A stretch of DNA of 43,380 bases from Paramoeba atlantica (Eukaryota > Protista > Discosea): positions 1-43,380 of the forward strand of contig CDRNVI010000206.1 in assembly GCA_977017575.1 (NCBI GenBank). Direction: 5' to 3'. Below, piece by piece: positions 23,330-35,654 of the stretch (its first letter is position 1; the number at the start of each line of letters is the position of its first letter). Below the pieces are notes generated by a model. The model did not search any database. It saw nothing but the letters and a program-made list of their open reading frames with translations, and was not told the DNA's origin. The position numbers and the translations under genes were made by a program.

Positions 23330-24429
23330 GTTCTGTTCAGAACGGTTGGATTTGGGGCAGGTCCAGGGAAGCAAACTCGATCATGTCAAGTTCAGACAAA
23401 CAAAAAGTGCTTTCTTCCATATTACTGGAATCAAAGTCTCAGTGACTGTCTCGAACACCTGACATTTCAAATCTCGAAGCAATCATTACAATTCTCCTCA
23501 CCAAACTTTTTCCTGATCTTCTCCAGGATCACATTTCCTGACATCCTCCTTCTTTGTTTTCAAAAGTCACTCTTACTTAGTCTCTCTTATCCTTGATCAC
23601 CTTCAGAGGGACCGTTTCAAGATTCGAAAGTTTTATTTTTTGGTTCACAACGTGCAATTCGGCCAGCAGGGCTTCCCACCCGACCATCAGAAGAATACAA
23701 GAAATTGGCCAAGAATGGAGGTTGTGGCCTTCATGTGGATGCAGAAGATCCAATTTACAACTCAGGTTTATTGATGTATTATTCTTGTTTCGTTGAACCA
23801 GATGTTGAAGATTGTGATCGTGATCATCCATTACCACAAAATGATTTGGTTTGTTTCCAACATCAGAATGGTGAAAGGGGGGCACGAATTCAAACTATGC
23901 ATCCTAACTTTCTATGTCTTGCATTCCACCAATCTTGGAAGTGTCACGGCACAGTTTTTCAAGAGAATGATGTTTTTCAAGAAGGTATCCATGGTTTCCG
24001 GGTGGTGACTTATCCAATCAAAGCAGTCGAAGATCTTGTTGAACATTGTCAAGATGAAGCCCCATTTCAGTCTGTCCTCCAACAATGGAAGACTGCCCTT
24101 CTAAATTCCTTTTCTCCAAAAAAATTGCAATGTGGCTTTGATCGAATCTTCAACAAAACTTTGGAATAAAGTAACCCTTTCCTTCTTTCAACTTCAACTA
24201 CTTTCAAGAATGTGATAAATCTTTTTTGGCAACATGTTTTTCTCTTTCAAATAATTTGACTCAAAGCAAAAACTACAAAAATAAATTCTCTTCACATTAT
24301 TGGCAAACTTCAAGGAGAAATAGGGACTCCCGCACCACGGGGTGGTTCTGCAATATTTGCAAAAAGCAAAAGCTTTGGAAAAGTAAAAAAGAAATTCGAA
24401 GCGGAACAACACATATTTTACCCATATAA
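23330..24429 (+). pseudogene. Putative TET/JBP-like 2OG-Fe(II) dioxygenase fused to a degenerate PHD finger
   Basis: Open frame 23597-24169 contains GLHVDAED (HxDxxD, 23732), GARIQTMHPNFLCLAFHQSWKCHGT (second His at 23945) and GFRVVTY. Removing a 38-nt GT..AG interval (24171-24208) puts CDKSFLATC...GWFCNICKK (PHD-like) in the same frame, except for one TAA at 24167. The upstream piece RTVGFGAGPG..PYYWN is frameshifted. Confidence 0.45.
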
Positions 24430-24641
24430 GGAAATTCTGAATGGGCTTTATTTTTCTTTCTTTTCCAGTTTATTTTCTGAAGGAGAAAAGAAAAGAGAAA
24501 AGAGAAAAAAAGATGAAGAAGGAAAGTGAGAGAAGAGAGAAGGGGTGAGGCAAGAGGAAAAGGGGGAAGAAAAAGGAAGGGAAGAGAAGAAAGAAAAGAA
24601 GAGGAAAGAGAAAGACAAAGAAAAAATAGAGAAAATGCCAG

Positions 24642-25130
24642 TCAGGGAAAAAAGGGAGTTGGATTGTTCAGTGGGAATGGATGTGTGAGAATGGCTCCAA
24701 AATGAATGGACAAAACAAGAACTGATAGAATCGTAACAGGGAGGAAAGAAATAAAAGTTAAATCTTTAAAGAAAGAGAGAAAAAGAAAAGTTGAAGAAAG
24801 AGGAGGGTGGTCAGGATTTCTTTGGGTTCTTTTGTAAACAAAAATGATGAGGGAATAAGTTGGTGGTTTGTTGTTGTTTGTTGTGATTTTTGAAGTGAAA
24901 ACTTTGTTGTTGTGGTTCATGTGGTTCAACATAAATAAAAGAAGGAGAAGGATATCCTTCTCCTCCTTTTTTAAAGGATTTTGTTTCTTCTTTCTCTTTT
25001 GTGGTGATGAAGATGAAGAGATGGCTGAAAAACATGATGATGATCGTGAGCGTAGCGGTGATGGTGGTGGCCCTCCCAGATTTGAATCTCTCGAATTCAG
25101 AAACAGACTTTCAGCGGTGAGACAACAACA
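24642..25130 (-). pseudogene. Degenerate membrane-protein fragments, paralogous to 36561-36900
   Basis: Hydrophobic pieces VTILSVLVLSIHFGAILT and TTITATLTIIIMFFSHLFIFI. The nucleotides TGTGAGAATGGCTCCAAA..GGACAAA.CAAGAACTGA.AG.AT.GTAAC are shared with ~36778-36825. Confidence 0.35.
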
Positions 25131-25738
25131 CTGACAACCAAAATTGCGAGCAAAACGAAATAAAAAAAAAGTCTCTAATTTCTTCTACATCCAAGAAGAG
25201 AGTCCCTTCTTCTTCTTCTGCCACCACAACACCAACACCAACCAAACTTTATTTCTTTTTTATTCAACGAAACCCCTAAACCCTTCGAAAAATAATAAAA
25301 AAAAAGATTTCAACACAAAAAGAGATTCCGAAGTGTTCATGTTTCAAACACTTGGTGTTTGCAGTTCAACAGACTACCCACACACATAGTTTTACCGCTG
25401 CTTTTTGATTTCATTGAATTGCTCAAAAAAAAAAGATATGCAAAGCAAATCCAAATATCACTTTAACTTCAAAGAGTTGATATTCTTTTTGGTTTTTAGT
25501 TTTTCAATGCATCGAGGTTTCGCCATGTTTCGTCGACAAATCCTCACAATATTCCTCTCTTGGCAATGACAAAAGACTTTGAATTGTTGATTAAATCATG
25601 AATAATCTCGGTGAACTGGAGAAAGAGAAAAGAGAAAAGGTTAGTATTAAAAGGAAAGAGAGGGAAAGGAAGGAGGGAAAGGAAGGAGGGAAAGGAGAGG
25701 GAAAGGAAGGAGGGAAAGGGGAGGGATTAGGGGAGGGA

Positions 25739-28700
25739 TTAGGAGAGGAGAATAAAAGAAAACAAAACATGAAAACAAACTGTTTCATATAACAGTTATG
25801 CAATGATTGTGGTGGTGATTAATGTGGCAATCCCAACTTCAAACCCAAAGAGAGACCAAAAAAAAAAAGACAGCGAGAAAGGTATCCTATCAGTGGGTCC
25901 CTTCTCAAACGGAGGACTGGAGAAAGAGAGAAAAAGAAAGAAAAGGGTTTAGTTGAATGGAGGGAGAAAAGGGAGGAGGGGTGAACACAAAGAAGGGGAG
26001 GGAGAATAAAAGAAAACAAATATCAAAAACAAACACTAAAACCAATGTGATTCACAACAACAATGTGATGATGGTGTGGAGGCAGTGATAAAAGGTTTCA
26101 AATTGTTGATTAAATATGTCACCGATAATCTCAGCGAACTGGAGAAAGAGAAAAAAGAAAGGATTTTTTAGTTAAAAGGAGAGAGGGGAGAAAAGGAGAC
26201 AAGGGGGAGGGAGGGGGGGGGAACACAAAGAAGGGGAGGGAGAATAAAAGAAAACAAGTATGTGAAAAACAAACACAAAACTGATGATTCATAACAACAA
26301 TGCGATGATGGTGGCAGTAGTAATCCATGGCATATTTGTAAAGCACTCTACTGATTTAACAAACAATCTCCTCTCGATATTGATAAATCGATGTCCATTC
26401 ACCTTGCAATCTGACACACAATCACTTTTGCACAACAACATTCCAAGAGCTCTCTGCAACACAGTTGCTTGATCGTTACTCTAATGTTGTTGTCATTTCA
26501 GTTATTGTGTCGCGAAGAATCTTTTCTTCCAATACAAACCCTATATGCAAAAGTTTCAGAAGCTACTCTCTTTCCTTTAAAGAAATCACCACCACCCGAA
26601 CCTTCTTCCTTTGCTTCCCTCACCCTTCCCTCTCTTTTCTTCTAAAAAGACCAAAAAAAAAAAAAGAACCTCTTTGTGTGAAGAAGAAATCAGCAACAAA
26701 CACACTCAATATTCCCTCTCTCCTCCTTTGTTGGTGTTGGTTATTGAGTTGTTTTCATTGTTGTCACACGTTTTATCGCGTCCTCTTTTTTTGTTGGAAA
26801 GAGAAAAAGAAGGAATTCCCAATTAAATAATCTTTTTCCTCTAGGCCAAATACGCAAGTTTGCAAATCTCCAAAGGATTAGTGGCAAATAAAAATTATCT
26901 CAATAAATTAATACCAAAAATAATTTTCTCATTACCAAGAATTTTCTTGATTTGCTACCAGACCCAAAGTACTGAAATTATTCAACAGAAAACACCCAAT
27001 CTTTTGGTCGATTGAATGATTGAACTTTTTTCAGGAAACTGAAAAGGGAAAGAAAAGAAAAAAGAAAGGATTAGTAATGTGTGTTACTATGGAGGAGGGA
27101 AATACAAAGAAGGAAGAGAATAAAAGAAAACAAACAAAAAAAAGAAAACAAATACAAAACCCACCATGATTCACAACAACAACGATAATTGGTAAAGGTG
27201 AAAAAATTATCGCTTCAAACCTTATCAATTAAAACCCAACAAACACATACACAGGCGAGAGAGAGAGAACTCTGGAGAAAGAGAAAAGAGAAAAGATTAA
27301 TGTTAAAAGGAAGGAAGGGGAGGAGGGAAAGGGGAGGGATAAAATGAATGTGGCAATCTTTATAATACATGCACACATTGATATTTGACAAACAACCTCT
27401 CAATAATCAATAAGGGTTTAGGGTGTTCATTCACCTTGCAATCCAACATACACAAACACTTTCGTGCACAACACTCTCAACACTCTCCAAGAGTGTGTTT
27501 TGGGAGAGCAAAACGTAGCCAGGATCAAAAAATGGAGTCCACACCAGCAAGTTAGAGAAAGGCACTGGTTTGTCAAAGTAAAATCATGCACAGTTAATCC
27601 CAACTACTTCCAGGAGGAAACTCACGGGGGTTCCAGAGTTCCATCAAAAAATCCCAACTTCAAACCCAAAGAGAGACAACCAAAAAAAAAAAACAGCGAA
27701 AAGGGTGTCCCCTTGGTGTGTCCCTTCTGAGAAAAACAGAAACTGACTGGAGAAAGAAAGGGTTTCATTGAATGGAGGGGGAAATATGAGGGGAAAAACA
27801 CAAAGAAAAAGAATCAAAGAAAACATATATGACCAAAAACAAACACTAAAACCCGATGAGATTCACAACAACAACAACATGATGGTGGAAGTGGGGTGAT
27901 AGAGCACAGAGCAAGGGGCATCCTCCGACAAACTCAACAATCAGACATTTACAAAAACAAACTCTCGGTTTAAGTTCTCCTTTTATATTAAGAATTCTAT
28001 GAATTTCCAACAAACATCTTAACAACAAAGGAACAATACAACAGCAATTTGTGATGAAACACAAATAAAGACCATCCAAAATGCTCCCTAAACCCTTTTG
28101 GGAAAACCCAAAGGAAACACACAAAACAACACATCAAATCAGGAAGCATCTTTGTGAGTCGCAACACACACACACACTTTGATATTTTTAACAAACAATC
28201 TCTCGATATATTGATAAAGGGTTTAGGGTGTCCATTCACCTTACGATTGGTGGGGGGAGGGGATGTGGCAGGAAGGAACTAAAAGGGAAAGAGAAAAGGA
28301 AAAGATTAGTGTTCAAAGGAATGAGGGAGGGAGAGAGGGGGGAAAAGAAGAAGAGAATAAAAGAAAACAAACATAAAAACAAAATGATTCATATTTAACA
28401 GTTATGCAACGATGGTGGTGGAGATCAATGGCAATCTTTGTGACATATTTGATAAACAATCTCTCGATATATTGATAATATTGGTGTCCATTCACTTTGC
28501 AATCCAACACACAAACCCTTGTCAATTAAAACTTCACAAACCCTGATGAGAACTGAAAGAGAAAAGAGAAAAGAGAAAAGAGAAAAGAGAAAAGAGAAAG
28601 AATTTCGTTCAGTTCAATGTAAGGGGGAAAAGGGAAGAAATACAAAGCAAAACAAAAACAAAACAAAAACAAAAATAAAACCAATGAATTTTACAACAAT

Positions 28701-31700
28701 ATATTATTATAGAAGTGGTGGATCAATCAAAACAAAAAAAAAAACAAACAACTGCCAGTTCAAAAAACAGAAAAAGAGAGAGAGAAAACCATTTTTTTTT
28801 TTTAAGGTTCAGACACCAGGTGCCATTTATTAGAGTTAAAAACCATCTCTAGGATGGAAAAGAGGGGGGAAGAAAGGGGAGGGGGAGGGAAGATAAATTA
28901 AGAGTTAGATCCAAAGATCTCTTCAGCATGGGATGCATTGGAGTTTCTTTACCAACTTTAGTTCTCACTAAGGGGTCTGCGTTTGATTGTTCGCCTTCTA
29001 AAACCAGGGAGTGAATTCAGTTTGGAGGTTTCTATGAAGTTAATTACATTCCTTCGAAAATCTTCCTCGATAAAGCTCCTCACCAGATTGCTCTCTTGGG
29101 ACTGATGGAACCATCCTTGGATATCTTTAGTAATTATTACAGGGAGAATTAGAGCATTCTCAAGAGCAGTTTGGGCCGGAAACAAAACATGGAGGGTTGT
29201 CACCGTGTTTCCTTAGAATTTCCTTACAAAATTCCCTGGGGGGATGGGGAAAGTCCAGTCATGGGTGAGGGGGGAATTGATCCAGTTCCACAGGGTTGAA
29301 TTCAAAATAATCCACTCTTCACTGGTTTCTGCAACATGTTGTGATCTTGGATCCCAATGATGGTCATTCACAGCACATGTTCCATCCTCTTTAGACCAAC
29401 TTGCAGCAGTTGCAATTGCATCAGCTCGCTTGTTAAGCTCTCGGGGTACATGGGTGAATTCTATCTCATCAAAGCACATTGCTAACTTACGGATTTCACA
29501 AAGTAGTTCATTCAAGGCATAGTTTTTGATGGCATGGGTTTTGGGTGCAGCCTTGGTGAGAATCATACAATCCCCGACAACTTCAATCTCATTCGTCATT
29601 GATCTGGCACATTGCATTCCTTTCAAACAGCCTGTGAATTCACCAATATTGTTGGACCCAAGAGGGATGGTTTCAAACCCACCACGAGAGAGAGAAAACC
29701 AGATGATTGTTTGGGGCTTTTGAAAAATTATTGTCGAATATTTTAGGAATAACACGTCGTGAAACAGCAGCACACTTCCGAAACACAAGAAGTCAAGAAA
29801 TTATCCAACAATAACAATGACATTTCTCTTTTTTTAAAAAAAAAAACATAATCAGGAAAAAAAAGAGAAAAGAGAGGGAAAAGAGGAAAGAAAAAGAAAA
29901 CCAGAAAAGGAAAGTGAACACACAACAAAGCCTTTGAAGAAGAGAAACATGATTCTTTTTTTTAACAAATATATTTACTTGCTGATTACAAAACTCATCT
30001 CCCTTCGAAAAAAAAATCAATTTGGAACGACAATTAAAAGAAAAGAAAAAGAAAGAGAAAGAGGAAAAAGAAGAAAAGAAAGAAAAGAAAAGAAAACTGA
30101 AAAAAACATTGTAAAAACTGTTCAAACTAAGGAAACAAAATTTTAGAATCTTATTTGGTGAGGAGAAAGAGAACAAAAAGGACACCAAGAGGAGGGGGTA
30201 GGAGGAAACAAAAAGAAAACAGAAACAAAAAAGAAATGATCCATCAATCGTCAAACAAACGGAGAGAAAAGAGAGAGAAAAGATAGTCAAACCAAAAAAA
30301 ATCAAAAACAACCACCTTTTATCACGAAAAGGAGGGGGGAACACAAAGAAGGAGGAGAATAAAAGAAAACAAAAAAAAAAGAAAACAAACACCAAACACC
30401 ATGATTCGCAACAACAATAATTGGTAACGGTGAGATATTATTGCTTCAAACCTTATCAATTAAAACCCCAACAAACACCTACAAAGAGAGAGAGAGAACT
30501 CTGGAGAAAGAGAAAAGAGAAAAGATTAGTGTTAAAAGGAATGAGGGGGAGAGAGGGAGGAAAAAGAGGAAGAGAATAAAAGAAAACAAACCCTTCATAT
30601 AACAATGCGATAATGGTGGTGGAGATCAATGGTTTCTTTGCGACACACTGATATTTGACAAACAATCTCTCTTAATATTGATGCAATTCAACACACAAAC
30701 ACTTTTGCATGCAACAACAACACTCCACAAGAGCTCTTTGCAACGCAACAGCAAAGTGTATTGAAAACCCTTTCAATCAAGACCCACATCTTGAATGTTG
30801 GAATAGCAGCAGTAATAATAAGTGGTTTTAAAATCCTTATCAATTAAAACACCTCACAAACCCTGATGAGAACTGAAAGAGAAAAGAGAAAAGAGAAAGG
30901 ATTTCGTTCAGTTCGACGGAAAGAAATACAAAACAAAACAAAAACAAAACAAAAACAAAACAAAAACAAAAACAAAAACAAAAACAAAACTAATGAATTT
31001 TACAATCATATATTATCGAGGTGGTGGATCAATCAAAACAAAAAAAAACAGAGAACTGCCAGTTCAAAAAACAGAAAAAGAGAGAAGAAAGAGAGAAAAC
31101 CAGATGTTGTTTGGGGTTTTTGAAAAATTATTGTCGAATATTCGGAACAACACGTCGTAAAACAGCAGCACACTTGCGTAACACAAGAAGTCAAAAAATT
31201 ATCCATCAACAATGATGACATCTCTTTCTTTAAAAAAAAACATAATCAGGAAAAAAGAGAGAAAAGAGAGAAGGAGAGAGGAAAAATAAAAGAAAACCAG
31301 AAAAGGAGAGCGAACACAACAACAAAGCCATTGAAGAAAAGAAATACGATTCTTTTTTTTTAACAAATATTTATTTCCTGATTACAAAACTCATTCTCCC
31401 TTCGAAAAAAAATCAGTTTGGAATGACCAATTAAAAGAAAAGAAAAAAGAAAAAAGAAAAAGAAAAAAGAAACAAAAGAAAAGAAAACCGGAAAAAAACT
31501 TAGTAAAAACTGTTCGAACCAAGGAAACAAAATTTCAGAATCTTATTTGGTGAGGAAAAAGAGAACAAAAAGTGCACCAAGAAGAGGGGGCAGGAGGAAA
31601 CAAAAAGAAAACAGAAACAAAAAAGAAATGATCCATTGTCGATCAAATGAATGGAGAGAAAAGAGAGAGAAAAGACGGTCAAACCAAAAAAAACAAAACG

Positions 31701-33470
31701 ACCACCTTTTCACGCGAAAAAGCAATTCATCGTTTATTTTTAGCACTCTAAAATATACGTCATCCTTTTTACTACCTTTCGGCTTTGGAGTAGATGAATT
31801 TTTATATTTTATTTTTTATGTTTTTTTCAATAAAACGAAAATAACAAAAATACTCACAGGAAAATCTGATTCGATATTTTGCCGCCCAAAAATCTTTTAT
31901 TTTTTGTTTTTTTTTTTGTTTTTTTTTTTGTTTTTTGCCTTGAAAAACATGCTGTTGCTTCTTCGAGGGGGAGGGTGATGGAGGGAGTCGCAGTCAAGGG
32001 GGGCAAAGGGAAAAGGCTTTTTTTTGCTTCTTTCAAACAATTCTTTTTTTGTTTTCTTTGTGTGTGTAAAAAAAAGAGAAAAAGAGTTGATCTTGATGAG
32101 GCGTGAGATCACTTCAAAGACCACACGCGGAGAGAGGAAGGAAGAATTATGGTGTGGATTGCTCAGAACATTATCCCTCCCCTATGTGATCAGGTTTTTC
32201 TTCTTTGTTTCCTCTCAGTGTTTTTTTTTTTGTTTTGGTCCTTTCTCTCCTCTTTTCCCCCCCTTTTTTTTTGGTTTTTGATCTCTTTTCCTTTTGTTTG
32301 TGTGTCTTTTGTTTGCCACCCTAAACCCTTGTTTGTCACACTTGTTTTCGTCATGTTTATTTTCCTTTCTTGGGTATCATGATGGATGAGGCTTGAGATG
32401 CGGTTCTCTTCATCCTTTTGTTTGTTTTGTCTTTTTTATTTGTTCTTCTTTCTTTGTTCTTTTGTTCGTTCTTTTCTTTGTTGTCTTTTTGTGTCCTCTT
32501 TGCTCTTCCTTTTCCCCCTTTTCCCCCTTCCCTTTCACTCTCCCTTCCCTAAACCCTTTTATGTTGTGAACCCCTACCTTGTTCTGTTGTCTTCTATTCA
32601 TTTTGAAGTCTTTCTCACTGCTCTTTCCTGTCGAATCTCCCCCGTCGATTCTCCCCTCTTCTGTTTTTCTCTTGTCTCCTTTCTTACCTTTTCCTCAAAA
32701 ATTTGTTTTCTCACTTTGATTGTTCTTTCTTATTTGGAGTGTTTTCCTCTTTTGTGTTTTTCCCTCTCTTTTGTCTTTCGTTGGTGCTCTCTGTGCTCCT
32801 TCAACAACAACCCTGCCTGCTGTGTTTTGATTCATTTTTGTTTTTTGCCACATTTGATTTTTTTTCTGTGTTTTTTCTCTTTGAATATTTTCTCTTTTGT
32901 TCAAAACTATTCTTTCTTTCTTTTGTTGTTGTTCCTTTTATTTGATATAAAACACCTTCTGCTTTTTCAATTTGATCTTTGGATTGACTTTCATTTATTG
33001 TTTTGTTGTTTTTCTGTGGAGATCTCATCAATCCTCTGACATTTTCTCTTTCCTCCCCCTCCTCCCCCCCCCAAATCTTCACTTCCCCCCTCTTTTCCTT
33101 TTCTCTTTCATTGATATCTCCATCTTTACTCTAATAACCTTATTCTCTCTCTTCTCTCTAAACCTTTTTTTCTTTCAATAGAGTGTAGTTGTGGGGCAGA
33201 GGAAGTTTTTCTCCTAATTTGTCGTCGTTGCAATCTTTTTCTCTTTCTTTTTTTTTCAATCTCTTTTGCAAGTACTTTTTCTTTTTTTTTCATTTTCTCT
33301 TTCTCTTTCTCTTTCTCTCTTTTAAAGAAATAAAATAGAATGATCAATTGTTGCTGCTGTGTTGTTGTTGTGGTCCATTCCCCCCCAAAAAAAAATATTG
33401 TTGCTTTGTACGAATCATTTGAGTGCTGCTATATTAGGTTTACTTCTTTTGTGGTAATTGTTGTTGTTGA
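25739..33470 (+). repeat. Subtelomeric segmental duplication, internal copy (B)
   Basis: Colinear with 699-9020. It lacks the 1.41-kb tandem duplication, carries a unique LINE insertion, and its module array continues leftwards to ~25590, beyond the point where copy A is capped by telomere. Confidence 0.96.
28792..29685 (-). mobile_element. 5'-truncated non-LTR retrotransposon (LINE) with archaeal/plant-type RNase H, poly(A) tail and 16-bp TSD
   Basis: TSD GAGAGAGAGAAAACCA at 28776-28791 and 29686-29701; T12 at 28792-28803 (poly(A) on -). The ORF reads GSNNIGEFTGCLKGMQCA...IEVVGDCMIL...FDEIEFTHVPRELNKRADAIA, matching the NNxAE / GDS / HVPRExNxxAD motifs of RNase HI of the Rv2228c/RVT_3 type. 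The empty site is at ~3726-3742 in copy A. One in-frame TAA at 29213 separates it from a same-frame continuation to 28958. Confidence 0.93.
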
Positions 33471-33474
33471 CAGA

Positions 33475-35230
33475 GAAATGAATGATACATGATACTCTTG
33501 TTAGTTGGATGAATCTTTATTGGATATTTGGATAAAATGATGCTGATGAGATCTCTCCAACCCTAAACCCTCAACAAAAAGAAAATGGAAAGAACTATTA
33601 TTTTGGTTTTTCTTTTTATTTTTTGAAGCTTTTTTTTTGTCAAATCTCTCGGTTCGTGAGAAGTCCATTTTTGTTTTGTTTATTTTTTTCCCTCTTTTTT
33701 GTTTATTTTTTTCCTCTTTTTTTTTTTTCCTCTTTTTTTTTTCTTTTTTCTTTTTTCTTTTTTCTTTTTTCTTTTTTCTTTTTTTTTTTTTCTTTTTTGA
33801 AAAGAGATTGTTAATTGAACCAATTGTCAAAAGTTTCGTGCCCTCAGAGTTCCATTTTATTTTTTGAAGCTTTTTTTCTTCTCAAATTTCTCGTTTCGCA
33901 AGGATAATAGATTCTATTATTTAGATACCTAAATTTTGGCTATTTTTTTGTTCATCCCTCCTCGTTTCGCGAGAGGTCCATTTTTTTTTTGTTTATTTTT
34001 TTGTTTATTTTTTTGTTTATTTTTTTCTTTTTTTTTTCTTTTTTTTTTCTTTTTTTTTTCTTTTTTTTTTCTTTTTTTTTTTATTTTTTTTTGTTTCTTT
34101 TTATTTATTTTTTTTTATTTATTTTTTATCAAAAGTTTCGTGCCCCCAAAGTTCCATTTTATTTCTTGAAGCTTTTTTTTTTTTTCAAATTTCTCGTTTC
34201 GCGAGGGGTCTATTTTTTTTTGGGTAATAGATTCTATTATTTAGACACCTAAATTCTGGCTATTTTTTCGTTTGTCTCTCTCGTTTCACGAGGGGTCCAT
34301 TTTATTTTGTTTATTTTTTTTCTTTCTTTTTGTCTATTTTTTTCTTTTTTTTTTGTTTCTTTTTTTTTTTTTTTTTTTTTTTTGTTTCTTTTTTTCTTTT
34401 TTCTTTTTTGTTTTCGAATTTTTCTTTTTTTTTTTTGTTTCTTTTTTTCTTTTTTTTTTGTTTTTTTTTCTTTTTTCTTTTTTCTTTTTTGTTTTCGAAT
34501 TTTTATTTTTTGAAAAGAGATTATTGATTGAACCCCCCTTCTTTGCTGTATTATCAAATGGAAGAAAATAAATTCATTTTTTTATTTTTCCTCATCTCTT
34601 TCTTTCTGGTTTTCTTTCTTTCTCTCTTTATATTGTTTTTGTTCTTATTGTTTTTTTTGTTTTTATTGTTCTTATTAATATTATTGTTCTTATTAATATT
34701 ATTGGTGTTGTTTGTTATTTTATTTTGATTTCTAATATCTTATTTATTTTATTTTCAGAGAGATGAATGATATGCTTGTTAGTTGGATGAATCTTTATTG
34801 TATTTGAATAAAATGATGTTGATGAAATCTTTCCAATAAGTTAATAGAAAAAAGACTGAAAGAACTTTTATTTTAGGTTTTTTTTTATTTTTTATTTATT
34901 TTTTTTTTATTTATTTTTTGTCAAAAGTTTCGTGCCCCCAAAGTTCCATTTTATTTCTTAAAGCTTTTTTTCTTTTCAAATTTCTCATTTCGCAAGGGGT
35001 TCATTTTTTTTTGGGTAATAGATTCTATTATTTAGACACTTAAATTTTGGTTCTTTTTTCATTCATTTCTCTCGTTTCGCGAGAGGTCCATTTTATTTTG
35101 TTTATTTTTTTCCTTTTTTTTGTTTTCTTTTTTCTTTTCTAATTTTTATTTTTTTGAAAAGAGATTGTTGATTGAACCTCCCTTTTTGCACCTGAATTAT
35201 CAAATGAAAGAAAATAGATTCAGTTTTTTT
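33475..35230. repeat. Complex AT-rich tandem repeat with three conserved ~170-bp cores
   Basis: TCAAAAGTTTCGTGCCC.CA.AGTTCCATTTTATTT at 33827, 34129 and 34921, each followed by AATAGATTCTATTATTTAGA and CTCTCGTTTC.CGAG. GTTAGTTGGATGAATCTTTATTG is at ~33500 and ~34778. Poly-T tracts separate the cores. Confidence 0.85.
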
Positions 35231-35654
35231 TCTTTATTATTGTTCTTGTTGGTTCTTGTTGGTTCTTGTTTGTTTGTAGTTTGTTTGTAGTTTGTTTTTA
35301 TCTCTTTTATCTTTCTTTTGATTTATTCTTTTTCTTTCTTTTTTTTTTTCTTTTATTTTTAAAGTATTTTTTTTTTTTTTGTTTGAATTCATTTCTTGAA
35401 AAAAAAAAATAAAAAATCTTTCAAAATAAATTGAATAATTTTATTTTTAATTTTTTTAAAAGAAAAATTGAAAAAAAGGAAGAAATTCTAAGTCACTGAA
35501 AAACCTATTAATCAAAAACACCTTAAAAGTGCAAAGGGAGTAAAAAAGAAGACCCTATTAAAAAATGGAGCCTAAGCGGGCAAGAGCTATAAACCCTAAT
35601 TAAATCAATTTTTTGATTTCTGACATGATTTTATTAACACATTACAAAAAGTAT

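Noticed and set aside
24167-29215. Stop-codon reassignment (TAA as Gln), suggested by single in-frame TAAs in the dioxygenase-PHD frame and the LINE frame
   Set aside because: The 24 ankyrin exons contain no internal TAA/TAG and encode Gln with CAA/CAG; ordinary nonsense mutations explain both cases.
29686-29788. N-terminal ~34 aa of ORF 29213-29788
   Set aside because: This is read-through from host flank beyond the TSD, not part of the element.
25739-33470. The duplication as a pure assembly artefact
   Set aside because: The copies differ by many substitutions, a TSD-flanked insertion and a tandem duplication, which is more than expected from read error; joined haplotypes still need read-level exclusion.
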